Shown piece after piece: positions 44,740 through 54,296 of a DNA stretch of 64,000 nt. The notes below the pieces were generated by a model that did not search any database, was not told the DNA's origin, and saw only the letters and a program-made list of their open reading frames with translations. How positions within the stretch are numbered: the stretch's first letter is position 1; the number at the start of each line of letters is the position of its first letter. The stretch is from Thermoplasmata archaeon (GTDB lineage: Archaea > Thermoplasmatota > Thermoplasmata > Lutacidiplasmatales > UBA184), in the NCBI GenBank assembly GCA_021798195.1, contig JAJZYH010000004.1, positions 8,095-72,094 on the forward strand, written 5' to 3'. The translations under genes were made by a program, and so were the position numbers.

Positions 44740-47700
44740 TGAAAGCCACCAGAGCGGGCGCCACGAACCAGACCGCAAGGAGGAGGAGGGTGACGAGGCT
44801 CCCCAGGATCCCCTCCCCGAAGGCCCCCTGGACCCAGGGGAGCCCGATGGTGATGTTCTGACTCCCCGGCGGCACGACGAAGGCGGTGGCCCACCCGTCC
44901 ACCACGATCGAGGGAAGGAGGCCCACGGCGGTGTGCGCGGACCACCCCGCGGAGGCCGGGACACGGTCCACCAGGAGCCGGGGGCCGCCCTCCGGTGGGA
45001 GTTCCAGGGAGAGCGCCATGGAGCCGGGAGATCCGGAGGTCACGGTGCCGGTCTCGAGTTGCCCGGACGCAAGGAGCTCCCGGAGCTCGGAGAGGGGAGA
45101 GCCCGAGGTCGCCGGGACCAGGTCCACCAGATCCACGGTGACGTTCCCGGAGAGGACCCGGAGGGAGACCTCGTAGCTACCTATGCCGGAGGCCAAGGAG
45201 CCCACCGAGGAGTACCACTCTGGGGTCCCGGACCGGATCGCAGCGGTGACGTTGACGGGGCCCGGACACGGGGCCGCCGGGGTGGGATCCGAATATCCTC
45301 CCGGATCCGGGCAGAGGGAGATCCCCAGGGTCCCATTCCCCTGGGCCCGGACCGTGGCGCCCAGGGGACCCGGGCGCAGGACTTGGATCCGGGAGGAGGC
45401 GGAGCTCCCGGCCGGCCCACCTCCCCCCCAGCCCTGGCTCATCTCGGCGCCGGTCTCCCATTGGGACCACCCGCCCGATGAAGTGGCGAGGGAGCCCTTG
45501 ATCTGGTAGATCGCGGTGGGTCCTCCGCCGGGCACGGGGGCCAGCGCGGCGCTCAGGTCGGCCGCCGCGCGGTCGATCTGCGAGGGGGTGGCCCAAGCGA
45601 GGGTGGCCACGGTGCTCTCCCCCGGACCGGTGTGGAGGAGGGTCGCCACGGAGGCGGACCCCGTGAGGACCCCGAGGGGAACCCAGCGGAACCCGAGGGG
45701 GACGGGGCTCCACGCATCGACGGAGAACGTCTGGGAGCCCAGGGATACCTCAAGCTCTCCTTCCTGGGGCCCGAAGAAGACCTCGGCGAAGAGCGTCGCC
45801 CCGGGGGCGGTGGGGGAAGAGAGAGGGACCTGGAGGGGCGCTCCGCCAGTGGATCGGGCCCAGTCCTCCCAGGCCGCCAGGGGGATCCCTCCTTCGGTCT
45901 GGGGGGCCGCTTCCCAGGGGAGCCAGACACCCGGCGTCGTGGGGAGGAACGGGCTCGCTCCCAGGGAGTTCCAGGCGGCGGGGGCCACCGAAACGAGATC
46001 GCCGGGCGGGAGGGATTGGAAGAGCGCGTCGCTCCAACCCCCGGGAGTCTCCACGGTGAGGTTCCAGAGAGGCTGCGGAGGGAGGGGTCCTCCCGGGAGG
46101 AAGGCCACCGTGTCGTTCCGGAGGTAGCCCGGCCCTCCCGGAAGGTAGCCCGCCTCGAGGAGGAACTCCCGGTTGGCCAGGGCCACGGTGGCCCGGTCCG
46201 TGGCGGTGAGGATGCCCGGCGTGTCGTTGGTCCGGTAGAGTTCATCCCCGCCGGAGGCGAATCCCGGGGGGAGGTCCGCCTGGGCCGCCAGGGCCCGGGT
46301 AAGGTTCTCCGGGGAGTCCCATCGGTAGCGGATGTCGTGGGAGACCGACTGGTTGGGAGCCACCATCCACAGGCCGGTCCCCAGGAGCCCGAAGAGGCTG
46401 GGGGCGTGGGAAGTCTCGTTCTGGTAGAAGGATTCGTAGGTCCAGAGCACCGATCGCAGGGTCGGGCCCTCGGCTTCCACGCCGGTGGTGAGAGGGATGT
46501 AGAGTGCGTCGGCACTGGGGTAGACCACGAACGGGTCCGTGGTGGCCGGCTTCCCCGGTGCCGGAAAGTACGCCGGGTCAGGGGGGAAGAGGGCGATGCG
46601 CCCTCCGGGGGGCGCGAGCTCCGATGCGGTGGCGGCGAGCGGGGTGACCGGGGGCGCACGGATCATCTCCCCCCCGAGGCTTCCCGCCGCGAAGGGGAGG
46701 GCCCCCACCAACACGATGACGACGCAGGCGACCCCCCAGACCCGGGGAAGGGCGGGAGGGGACGACGGGAGGCGGGGGGACAGGGTCCTCCCCCGAAGAG
46801 GATTCCCCGGGGCACGGATCGTCCACCGGGGAAGTCCCTTCCCCAGGAGGAACGCAAGGGCGGGGAGGGCCACCACGTCGAACTTGTTGGGATCGTCGTT
46901 CACGGCGAACAGTGGCACGTGGGCCACCAGTTGCAGGTAGATGGGGCCCAGGGCGAGGGTGCCGGCGGACAGGAGGAGGAAGGGGAGCGAGAGGAGGCCG
47001 AAGAGGCGGCTCTGGGGATCCCCGCGAAGGAGGCCCCAGAGGAGGGCGCCTCCCAGCACCACCGAGAGGGCCCCGGCCGCGAGCGGACCGGCCGCCGGCG
47101 CCGCGAGGGCGGCCCAAGCCGAGTCGTAGGCGGGGGAGAAGTAGCCGTTCCCCGAGAGGAGGTTCCAGGGAGTGAGCTGTCCCTGGGTGAAGGCGAGGGT
47201 GTTGGCGATGGTGGCCACCTGGACCCCGGCCTGCCCCGTCCGTCGGGAGATCTCGGCGGCCGGCCACACCCAAACGAGGTTCAACCCCACGGCACCGGCG
47301 AGGATGATGAGGTCCCCCAGGAACCCATGCACCGTCGGGCGCCAGGGTCTCGGCGACCCTGCCTTGGACGAGCGGCGATGCCGGATCCAGATGAGTCCCG
47401 TGCGGAGGATCACGAAGGCGAGCCACGCGAGGGCGGCGAGGTAGAACAGGTGGTACTCCAGGAAGCCGACCCCTCCCAGGAGAACGAGGGCGAGGAGCGT
47501 GGCCTTCCGTTCTTCCGGGCCCAGGACCCGGGTCCCCATCACGGCGAGGAACGGGGGGAAGAGGAGGTAGGCCAGGAGGATGTTCTCGTGCCCGGCCACG
47601 AACCGGTTGAAGACCCACGGAGACAGGGCGAAGGCGAGCGACGCGATCCCTGCCGATCCGGTGGGGATCCCCAGATGCCGCGCCGAAAGGTAGAACGAGA

Positions 47701-48097
47701 GTCCCAGGCCCGCCTCCGTGAGGAGGAGGAGGGCCACGGCCCCCTCGCCGGCCGACCCCAGGGCGACCCCCAATCCCCCCAGGGCCGCGCCCAAGAGGAG
47801 ATCGTTGGTGAAGAAGGGCTCGAAGGTCCCCCCGGCCGGCTGGGGGTTCCAGGGGGTGGAGAACGCGAGGAGGTACGCGTGCCAGTTCCCGCCGCTGGGG
47901 GGGGTCACCACGTCGCCGCTGTAGAACGCGTCCCCCCACGGATGCAGGGCCGGCAGGAACGAGAGGAGGGCGAAGGAAGCCCAGACGATGAGACCGATCC
48001 CCAGGGCATGGCGCGGGACCCTGGCCCAACGCGCCAGCGACTTCGTTCCATCCCTCATGCGGCGGGAGACGGACGAACTGGGGGAAGGGTCGGTCAT
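44615..48097 (-). CDS. about 1160-aa polytopic membrane protein with a large extracytoplasmic domain and a C-terminal TM anchor: putative GT-C-type glycosyltransferase or surface-glycan assembly protein
   Basis: About 12 N-terminal transmembrane helices, then about 600 aa of extracytoplasmic sequence with N-x-S/T sequons, then a final TM (LLLLAVWFVAPALVAFII) and a basic tail. No WWDYG motif, so not a canonical AglB. Convergently overlaps the GT4 gene by about 125 nt. Confidence 0.55.
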   Translation of the reverse strand: MTDPSPSSSVSRRMRDGTKSLARWARVPRHALGIGLIVWASFALLSFLPALHPWGDAFYSGDVVTPPSGGNWHAYLLAFSTPWNPQPAGGTFEPFFTNDLLLGAALGGLGVALGSAGEGAVALLLLTEAGLGLSFYLSARHLGIPTGSAGIASLAFALSPWVFNRFVAGHENILLAYLLFPPFLAVMGTRVLGPEERKATLLALVLLGGVGFLEYHLFYLAALAWLAFVILRTGLIWIRHRRSSKAGSPRPWRPTVHGFLGDLIILAGAVGLNLVWVWPAAEISRRTGQAGVQVATIANTLAFTQGQLTPWNLLSGNGYFSPAYDSAWAALAAPAAGPLAAGALSVVLGGALLWGLLRGDPQSRLFGLLSLPFLLLSAGTLALGPIYLQLVAHVPLFAVNDDPNKFDVVALPALAFLLGKGLPRWTIRAPGNPLRGRTLSPRLPSSPPALPRVWGVACVVIVLVGALPFAAGSLGGEMIRAPPVTPLAATASELAPPGGRIALFPPDPAYFPAPGKPATTDPFVVYPSADALYIPLTTGVEAEGPTLRSVLWTYESFYQNETSHAPSLFGLLGTGLWMVAPNQSVSHDIRYRWDSPENLTRALAAQADLPPGFASGGDELYRTNDTPGILTATDRATVALANREFLLEAGYLPGGPGYLRNDTVAFLPGGPLPPQPLWNLTVETPGGWSDALFQSLPPGDLVSVAPAAWNSLGASPFLPTTPGVWLPWEAAPQTEGGIPLAAWEDWARSTGGAPLQVPLSSPTAPGATLFAEVFFGPQEGELEVSLGSQTFSVDAWSPVPLGFRWVPLGVLTGSASVATLLHTGPGESTVATLAWATPSQIDRAAADLSAALAPVPGGGPTAIYQIKGSLATSSGGWSQWETGAEMSQGWGGGGPAGSSASSRIQVLRPGPLGATVRAQGNGTLGISLCPDPGGYSDPTPAAPCPGPVNVTAAIRSGTPEWYSSVGSLASGIGSYEVSLRVLSGNVTVDLVDLVPATSGSPLSELRELLASGQLETGTVTSGSPGSMALSLELPPEGGPRLLVDRVPASAGWSAHTAVGLLPSIVVDGWATAFVVPPGSQNITIGLPWVQGAFGEGILGSLVTLLLLAVWFVAPALVAFIIRTRRGRRPVPGERPGSAGPTPRTPGPGENTGVPPASPGP

Positions 48098-48137
48098 GGG
48101 ACGGGTAGGGTCCCTCCCCATGGGAAGCATCCCCCCA

Positions 48138-48773
48138 TCATCCTTCTCCCTTGGGAGCGGAAGAGGGAGAGGCTTCCTGGAACTCCTCGAGCTTCCACGC
48201 CTTTCCGCTCAGGGCTCCCCGGCGCCGCGTGACGCCGTGCGGGAGATCCATGGGCCGCCACGCGATGGGGGGCGGGAGAACCCCGGACCTCCTGCCCGCG
48301 AGGAGTTCCTGGAGATGGGCCTTGAGGCCGGGGAACGGGTCCACCTCCCCCGGGCGTAGGAATGGCACGGACTCCCGGAGCACGTGGATCTGGGAGCCTT
48401 CCACGTACCAGATGCCCACCCGTTGGGCTCGGGCAGGTCCCGTGCGGCCCGCGGCCCGCTCCGCAAGGCTCCGGCGGGGGAGCACCACGGCGACCCAGTC
48501 CCCCCACCCCCGCCGAAGAAGGGCCTGCTCCCGGACGCGCCTCCAATCGGCGACCTTGAGCTCCACGAGCCCCACCTCCTCGCCCCGGACCGCCACCGCG
48601 TCGAAGTAATCGGTCCCGTCGGGGTCGAACCAGACCTCGTATCCCTGGTCCTCGAGGAAGCGGGAAACGGGCGCCCGCAGGTCCACCTCCTTCACGTGGA
48701 CACCTCGTAGACCGCCACGCGGTATCCCCACGGATCGCCCCGCCGCAGTCCGCAGGCGGGATTCACCTCCCAT
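48138..48773 (-). CDS. PD-(D/E)xK nuclease-fold protein, Hjc-like (Holliday-junction-resolvase-like core with a C-terminal extension)
   Basis: SRFLEDQGYEVWFDPDGTDYFDAVAVRGEEVGLVELKVADW aligns with the Hjc/NucS-type D...(E)xK catalytic arrangement. Start uncertain. Confidence 0.4.
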   Translation of the reverse strand: MGGESRLRTAAGRSVGIPRGGLRGVHVKEVDLRAPVSRFLEDQGYEVWFDPDGTDYFDAVAVRGEEVGLVELKVADWRRVREQALLRRGWGDWVAVVLPRRSLAERAAGRTGPARAQRVGIWYVEGSQIHVLRESVPFLRPGEVDPFPGLKAHLQELLAGRRSGVLPPPIAWRPMDLPHGVTRRRGALSGKAWKLEEFQEASPSSAPKGEG

Positions 48774-49627
48774 ACGTCGGGGTCATCCGGAAGGAAACCC
48801 TGGAACTCCGAGGTTCCCGGGAATCCCCGTCGCGCCGCCTGGCCGAGGATCTCCTCAAGGGGTCCCCAGAGCGGCTGGAGGGGGATGGCTTCCCGGACGC
48901 GGTCTTCGCCTCTTGGCCCCACGGGGTGGGGAGGAGGCGGGGGATCGGCGAGGAATCCCGTGCGGGTCCCCCGCCAGAACCGGCCCGCTCGGACCGCCTC
49001 CCGGAGCCGGCGCTCCGTCGCCTGGACGAGCCGGAAGCTCCCCGAGATGCTCCAGCAGAGGAGCCCCGCCTGTCTCCGGATCCACTCCAGGGAGGACGGA
49101 TCGAGCCGGGCGTCGTGGTCCATTGATGCCGCCTCGGGGATCTCCCTTGCACTCCCCAGGGCACGGGGATCCGGACGGGCCCGGTAGACACCGGCGACCC
49201 ACCGTGGGAGCCCGCCGGCCCGCTTCACCAGGGCGTGCGACGCCGCATTCCCCTCCTCCACGGTGAGGCGGACGGTGTGGATGCCCCGCTCCCGCGCCCG
49301 AGCGAGGGCGAACCGTGTGAGGAGGAGGCCCAGTCCCCGCCCCCGGTCCTCCGGGGCGATCCGGATGGCGTTGAGCCAGCCCTCCCCTTCCCCCAGATCC
49401 TCGAGGCGCAGGATGCCCAGGAGAGTCTCTCCCCGGAAGATCCCCAGGACCCAGGGTTGGGCCATCCACTCTTCCAGGTTCGGGAGAAGGTAGTCCGAGG
49501 GGACCGCCCGGGAGAGGAGGTCCCGGGCGGCCAGGAGATCCCCGGGCAGGGTGACCTCTCGGAGGATGAGGTTCCCCTCGGCCTTCCACTGCGTGGAGGT
49601 CTCCGGGGGGGACTTTGGGGCGGTCAC
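48692..49627 (-). CDS. GNAT-family acetyltransferase with a C-terminal extension, translationally coupled to mutL
   Basis: Acetyl-CoA motif DRGRGLGLLLTRFALARA. A candidate GTG start overlaps the mutL TGA stop (GTGA). An alternative ATG at 49465 would leave too short an N-terminus for a GNAT fold. Confidence 0.5.
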   Translation of the reverse strand: MTAPKSPPETSTQWKAEGNLILREVTLPGDLLAARDLLSRAVPSDYLLPNLEEWMAQPWVLGIFRGETLLGILRLEDLGEGEGWLNAIRIAPEDRGRGLGLLLTRFALARARERGIHTVRLTVEEGNAASHALVKRAGGLPRWVAGVYRARPDPRALGSAREIPEAASMDHDARLDPSSLEWIRRQAGLLCWSISGSFRLVQATERRLREAVRAGRFWRGTRTGFLADPPPPPHPVGPRGEDRVREAIPLQPLWGPLEEILGQAARRGFPGTSEFQGFLPDDPDVWEVNPACGLRRGDPWGYRVAVYEVST

Positions 49628-51444
49628 GGACGGTGGAACCACCGGTCGAGGCGTTCCCGGGGGATGGAGACCATGATGGGACGGCCATGGGGGCAGGTGA
49701 AGTTCTCCGGGGTACGGTAGAGCTCCCGGAGCAGGCGGTGGATCTCGTCGGGGGAAAGGACGTCCCCGGCACGGATGGCCATGTGGCAGGCCGTGGTCTT
49801 CCAGATCTCCTCCGGGGCACGTTCCACGGCCTCCCGGGGGAGGTCCGCCGCCAGGTCGTCGAGGAGCGCCGGGACCGATTCCGGCCGGAGCCGGTGGCCC
49901 AGGATGGAGGGGACGGCCCGGACGCGATAGGTCCTCTGGCCGAACGGGTCCACCTCGAAGCCCATCTCCCGGAGGCGTTCCCCATAGAGCTCCCAGGCCT
50001 GCGCCTGGCGTGGGGTGAGCTCCACCTCCCGGGCCTCCAGGAGCTCCTGGCGGGGGACCACGCTCTTCTCCCGGAGACGTTCGAAGACGATCCGTTCGCT
50101 GGCGGCATGCGCGTCGACCAGGACGAGGCTCCCGTCGGGCTGGAGCGACTCGGCCACGATGTAGAGGCGCCCCAGCTGCCCCAGGACGGAGATGGAGGGG
50201 TGCACAGGGCTTCCGGGGACCCAGGCTCCCGGTCCCTCCGGGCGGGCGTTCGCGCCTTCGGGCGGCGAGGGTCGGGAGACCTCCGGGAAGCCCGGAAGGA
50301 ACGCCTCCAGGGGGCGCAGGCGCCCCATGGAGCCCTCCACCTCGGCGGCCAGGAAGGAGTGGGGCGGATCCGGCTCCGCCACCGGTGCCGGGACGGAGAC
50401 CTCCGGGAGGGTCCTCGGCTGGTCCTGGAGCCGCGCCCGGAGGAGGGCCCGTACGTTCTCCCGCAGCTCCAGTTCGCGTTCGAACCGGACCTCCTGCTTC
50501 GTGGGATGCACGTTGACGTCCACCCGGGCCCGATCCGCTTCCAGGTGCAGGACCACGATGGGAAAGCGCCCCCGGGGAAGAAGTCCCTGGTACGCCTCGC
50601 GGATCCCCTGGAGAAGGGGACGGGACTGGATGATCCTCCCGTTCACGCTGAGATAGATCCCGTCGGGCGACCCTCGGGACACCGAAGGGTGGGAGGCCAT
50701 CCCTTCCACCCAGATCCCGGGCCCTCCGGAACCCTGGAGGTCGAAGCATGCGTGGGCGATCTGGGGTCCGAACGTCCGCGCCAGGGCTTCCCGGAGGGAG
50801 GGCACGGAGTCGTGGTGCATGCTCTCCCGGCCATCCACCACGAGGTGGAAGCTCACCTCGGGCCGGGCCAGGTAGAACCGTTCCGCCAGGTGGGAGATGC
50901 GCAGGGTCTCGCTGGCGGGGCTCCGCAGGAACTTCTTCCGCGCCGGGGTGGAATGGAAGAGGTCCCGCACCTCCACGGTGGTCCCCGGGGATCGGGCGGC
51001 GGATTGAAGGGGGCTTGCGGCCCCTCCCCCCACCTCCATCCGAGCGGCGGAGTCCCGGCCGCGGATCCGGGAGGTGATCCGGAGGCGGGCCACCGCGGCG
51101 ATGGCTGCGAGCGCCTCCCCCCGGAACCCCAGGGTGGAGATCGCGTCGAGACCCCGGGGACCTGAAAGCTTGCTCGTGGCGTACCGCTGCACCGCAAGGG
51201 GAAGGTCCTCCGGGACGATGCCATCCCCGTTGTCGGAGACCTCCACCAGGTCGAGGCCCCCCTTTTCGATCCGGATCCCGATCTCGGTGGCCCCCGCATC
51301 CAGGGCGTTCTCCACGAGTTCCTTCACCACCGACGCCGGGCGCTCCACCACCTCCCCGGCGGCGATGAGTCGGATCGTCTCCTCCGGAAGGGCCCGGATG
51401 CGGGGAGCCTCCGTGCCTCGCTCCCCGGGGTCCGGACGGTCCAT
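49624..51444 (-). CDS. mutL: DNA mismatch repair protein MutL
   Basis: GHKL ATPase N-terminus IRALPEETIRLIAAGEVVERPASVVKELVENALDAGAT and a C-terminal dimerisation/endonuclease region. Confidence 0.9.
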   Translation of the reverse strand: MDRPDPGERGTEAPRIRALPEETIRLIAAGEVVERPASVVKELVENALDAGATEIGIRIEKGGLDLVEVSDNGDGIVPEDLPLAVQRYATSKLSGPRGLDAISTLGFRGEALAAIAAVARLRITSRIRGRDSAARMEVGGGAASPLQSAARSPGTTVEVRDLFHSTPARKKFLRSPASETLRISHLAERFYLARPEVSFHLVVDGRESMHHDSVPSLREALARTFGPQIAHACFDLQGSGGPGIWVEGMASHPSVSRGSPDGIYLSVNGRIIQSRPLLQGIREAYQGLLPRGRFPIVVLHLEADRARVDVNVHPTKQEVRFERELELRENVRALLRARLQDQPRTLPEVSVPAPVAEPDPPHSFLAAEVEGSMGRLRPLEAFLPGFPEVSRPSPPEGANARPEGPGAWVPGSPVHPSISVLGQLGRLYIVAESLQPDGSLVLVDAHAASERIVFERLREKSVVPRQELLEAREVELTPRQAQAWELYGERLREMGFEVDPFGQRTYRVRAVPSILGHRLRPESVPALLDDLAADLPREAVERAPEEIWKTTACHMAIRAGDVLSPDEIHRLLRELYRTPENFTCPHGRPIMVSIPRERLDRWFHRP

Positions 51445-51507
51445 CGGGCCGCTGAGGTCCCCCGGGTCCTTGAGCGTTTCCGATAGCGAAGCCCTCTCCG
51501 ACCCCCC

Positions 51508-54120
51508 TCAGCTTCCCTCGGGAGGGTGGGCCGGCTCTCCCCGCCGCAGGCGGGCCAGGACCTGGAGGGCCTCGAGGGGAGAGAGCCGGTCCAGATCCAG
51601 CCGGGAAAGCTCCTCGGCGATCTCCCGGGCCCGCCGGACCTCTGGGTCCTCCACCAGGACGGCCTGGGTGTACCGGGGGGGCGGGTTCCCGGTCCGTCCC
51701 CGGCCAGGGGAGGGGCCGGGGGCCTCCAGTTCCCGTTGGACGCGCCGGGCTTCCTGGAGCACCGGGGCGGGGACCCCGGCGAGCTCCGCCACGTGGATGC
51801 CATAGCTCTTGTCCGTGGCGCCCGGGAGGAGGGTCCGGAGGAACACCACCTCCCCGCGCTCCTCCTTCACGGCGAGGTGGGCGTTCCGCGCCGCGGGCAG
51901 GGACTCCGCGAGCGCGGCGAGCTGATGGTAATGGGTGGCCACGATGGTCCGGGCCCGGACGCGGTCATGGAGGTGATGGACGATGGCCCAGGCGAGGGCG
52001 AGCCCATCGGAGGTGCTGGTCCCCCGCCCCACCTCGTCGAGGAGGATCAGGCTCCGGGGATCCGCGTCCCGGAGGATCTCCGCCACTTCGCTCATCTCCA
52101 CCATGAAGCTGCTCTTGCCCTTCCCGATCTCGTCGGTGAACCCCATCCGCGTGGCGAGGGAGCTCACCCGTCCCATCTCGGCGTACCGGGCCGGGACGAA
52201 GGATCCGGCGTGCGCGAGGACCACGAGGAGCCCCACCTGGCGCATGTAGGTGGACTTCCCGGCCATGTTGGGGCCGGTGAGCACCAGGAGCCGGGTCCCA
52301 TCGGGGGAGAGATCCGTGTCGTTGGGAACGAAATCATGCCCCAGCACGCGCTCCAGGATGGGATGCCGTCCCTCCCGGATCCGCAAGCCCGTTCCCTCGT
52401 TGACCTGCGGCTTCACCCAGTGCCGGTCCCGGGCGATCCGGGCGAAGGTGAGGAGTGCGTCGAGCTCCCCCAGGGCGAGGCTGGTCTCCCGGAGCGGGGC
52501 GGCCTGGGCGTCCACCTGGGCCAGCAGTTCCTCCCAGAGCCGCGTCTCCAGCCCATGGGCCTCTTCCTCCGCCGCGCGGACCTCGGTCTCCCAGCGCAGG
52601 AGCTCCTCGCTGACGAAGCGCTCGGCACCCGCCAGGGTTTGCTTTCTCTGCCAGCGGTCCAGGGGGACCTTCCCCAGTTGGGGGCGGCTCACCTCGAAGA
52701 AGTATCCGAACACCTGGTTGAACCCCACCCGGAGGTTCTTGATCCCCGTGGCCCGCGCCTCCCGCTCCTCGAGCTCCCGCAACGCCTCCTTCGCCGTCCG
52801 CAGACGGGCGTCCAGGGCCGCGAGCTCGGGGAAGCGCTCCGGCCGCAGGACCCCCCCGGGGGCGAGGGAAGGAGGTGGGTCCTCGGGAAGCGATTCCAGG
52901 ATCGTCTGGGAGAGCGGAGAGAGATCCCCGATGCGCCCCAGGATCTGGGCCAGGAGCGGGTCCTCCGAGGCCAGGCGCGCCGCCGCGCTCTGGAGCTCCT
53001 TGAGATGGGCGAGGGATTGGCCCAGGGCCCGCAGGTCCCGGGGGCCCGCCCGCCGCGTCACGATCCGTGTGGTGAGCCGGGAGATGTCCCCCACGCCCTG
53101 GAGGAGGTGCGAGACCTCCACGAGGTCCATCCCGCCGGCGACGAGCCGTTCCACCGCGTTGAGGCGTCCCCGGATCGCCCCCACGTCCGAGAGGGGGGCC
53201 CGGATCCATGCCTCGATGGTCCGGGTGCCCTGGGGGGTGATCCCCTTCCCCAGGACATCGAGGAGGGTCGGGGAGGGCGTGCCCGCCCCCCCCATGGGTT
53301 CGGTGATCTCCAGGTGCCGGAGGCTCTTCACGTCGAGCCGCATCCGCTCTCCGCGCGGGCGGAGTTCCGGGGGCCGGACCACCAGGAAGAGCCGGGGCTG
53401 GGCCCCGCGCACATACGCGGCCAAGGCGCCCAGGGCCCGGGCCCGGATCCCTCCTTCGGGTCCGGCGGGGATCTTCCAGGAGGCCGGAAGGTCGTCGACG
53501 GGAAGCGGAGGAGGTGCGTCCTCGATGCGGGCGCGGGGGAGAAGGACCTTCCAGGCGGCCCGGGGCACCGGACCGTCCTGGGGCGGGAGGAGCACCTCCA
53601 CCGGCTCCAGTGCGGCCACCTCCCGGGCGAGTTCCCCCGCCTCTCCGGCTCCTGCCTCCCGAAGGAATGTCTCTCCCGTGGAGACATCCACCAGGGCCGC
53701 CACGGCTCCCTGGATGGGGTCCTCCCACCATGAGACCAGGAAATTGTTGGCGGCTCCCGGGAGCAGGCCCTCTTCCACCGCCGTCCCGGGCGTCACGATC
53801 CGCGTGACCTCGCGCCGCACGAGCCCCCGGGCGGTGCGGGGGTCCTCCACCTGGTCGCAGATCACCACCCGGTGTCCCTTCCGGATGAGGCGGGCCAGGT
53901 AGCCCTCCACCGTGTGGTAGGGGACCCCGGCCAGAGGGATCCGTTTCCCGTCCCCATCCATCTGGCGGCTGGTGAGGGCCACGTCCGCATCCCGGGAGAG
54001 GATGGCCGCATCCTCCCCGAACGTCTCGAAGAAATCCCCCACCCGGAACAAGAGGAGGTGCCCCGGATACCGCGCCTTGACGGCCTGGTATTGGGCCATC
54101 ATGGGGGAGGGTTCCGCCAT
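51508..54120 (-). CDS. mutS: DNA mismatch repair protein MutS (bacterial MutS1 type)
   Basis: Mismatch-binding domain MMAQYQAVKARYPGHLLLFRVGDFFETFGEDA, Walker A GPNMAGKST, and a C-terminal HTH. Confidence 0.9.
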   Translation of the reverse strand: MAEPSPMMAQYQAVKARYPGHLLLFRVGDFFETFGEDAAILSRDADVALTSRQMDGDGKRIPLAGVPYHTVEGYLARLIRKGHRVVICDQVEDPRTARGLVRREVTRIVTPGTAVEEGLLPGAANNFLVSWWEDPIQGAVAALVDVSTGETFLREAGAGEAGELAREVAALEPVEVLLPPQDGPVPRAAWKVLLPRARIEDAPPPLPVDDLPASWKIPAGPEGGIRARALGALAAYVRGAQPRLFLVVRPPELRPRGERMRLDVKSLRHLEITEPMGGAGTPSPTLLDVLGKGITPQGTRTIEAWIRAPLSDVGAIRGRLNAVERLVAGGMDLVEVSHLLQGVGDISRLTTRIVTRRAGPRDLRALGQSLAHLKELQSAAARLASEDPLLAQILGRIGDLSPLSQTILESLPEDPPPSLAPGGVLRPERFPELAALDARLRTAKEALRELEEREARATGIKNLRVGFNQVFGYFFEVSRPQLGKVPLDRWQRKQTLAGAERFVSEELLRWETEVRAAEEEAHGLETRLWEELLAQVDAQAAPLRETSLALGELDALLTFARIARDRHWVKPQVNEGTGLRIREGRHPILERVLGHDFVPNDTDLSPDGTRLLVLTGPNMAGKSTYMRQVGLLVVLAHAGSFVPARYAEMGRVSSLATRMGFTDEIGKGKSSFMVEMSEVAEILRDADPRSLILLDEVGRGTSTSDGLALAWAIVHHLHDRVRARTIVATHYHQLAALAESLPAARNAHLAVKEERGEVVFLRTLLPGATDKSYGIHVAELAGVPAPVLQEARRVQRELEAPGPSPGRGRTGNPPPRYTQAVLVEDPEVRRAREIAEELSRLDLDRLSPLEALQVLARLRRGEPAHPPEGS

Positions 54121-54296
54121 CTCGGATTGGGACCCGACGGGGGGCCATAGAGTTATCCAGTGAGGGGAGGCGGTCCACCTCCCGGTTTCCGAGTAGGGGG
54201 GATCCCATGGCCCACCGGTCCAAGGGCCCCGGGACCTTCCTCACGGGACGGAGAACGTTCTTGGCGGCGGATGGATGGGCTCCCGAGGGAGCGAGC

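Noticed and set aside
44615-48130. Archaeal oligosaccharyltransferase AglB as identity of the 1160-aa membrane protein
   Set aside because: No WWDYG or DK/MI motifs could be found, so only a generic GT-C-like or surface-assembly call is made.
45632-48232. 866-aa plus-strand ORF
   Set aside because: Antisense to the large membrane-protein gene. Gly/Arg/Glu low complexity.
49627-50749. Upstream part of the 685-aa ORF (48692-50749)
   Set aside because: This portion overlaps mutL in another frame. Only the part downstream of the mutL stop (the GNAT gene) is kept.
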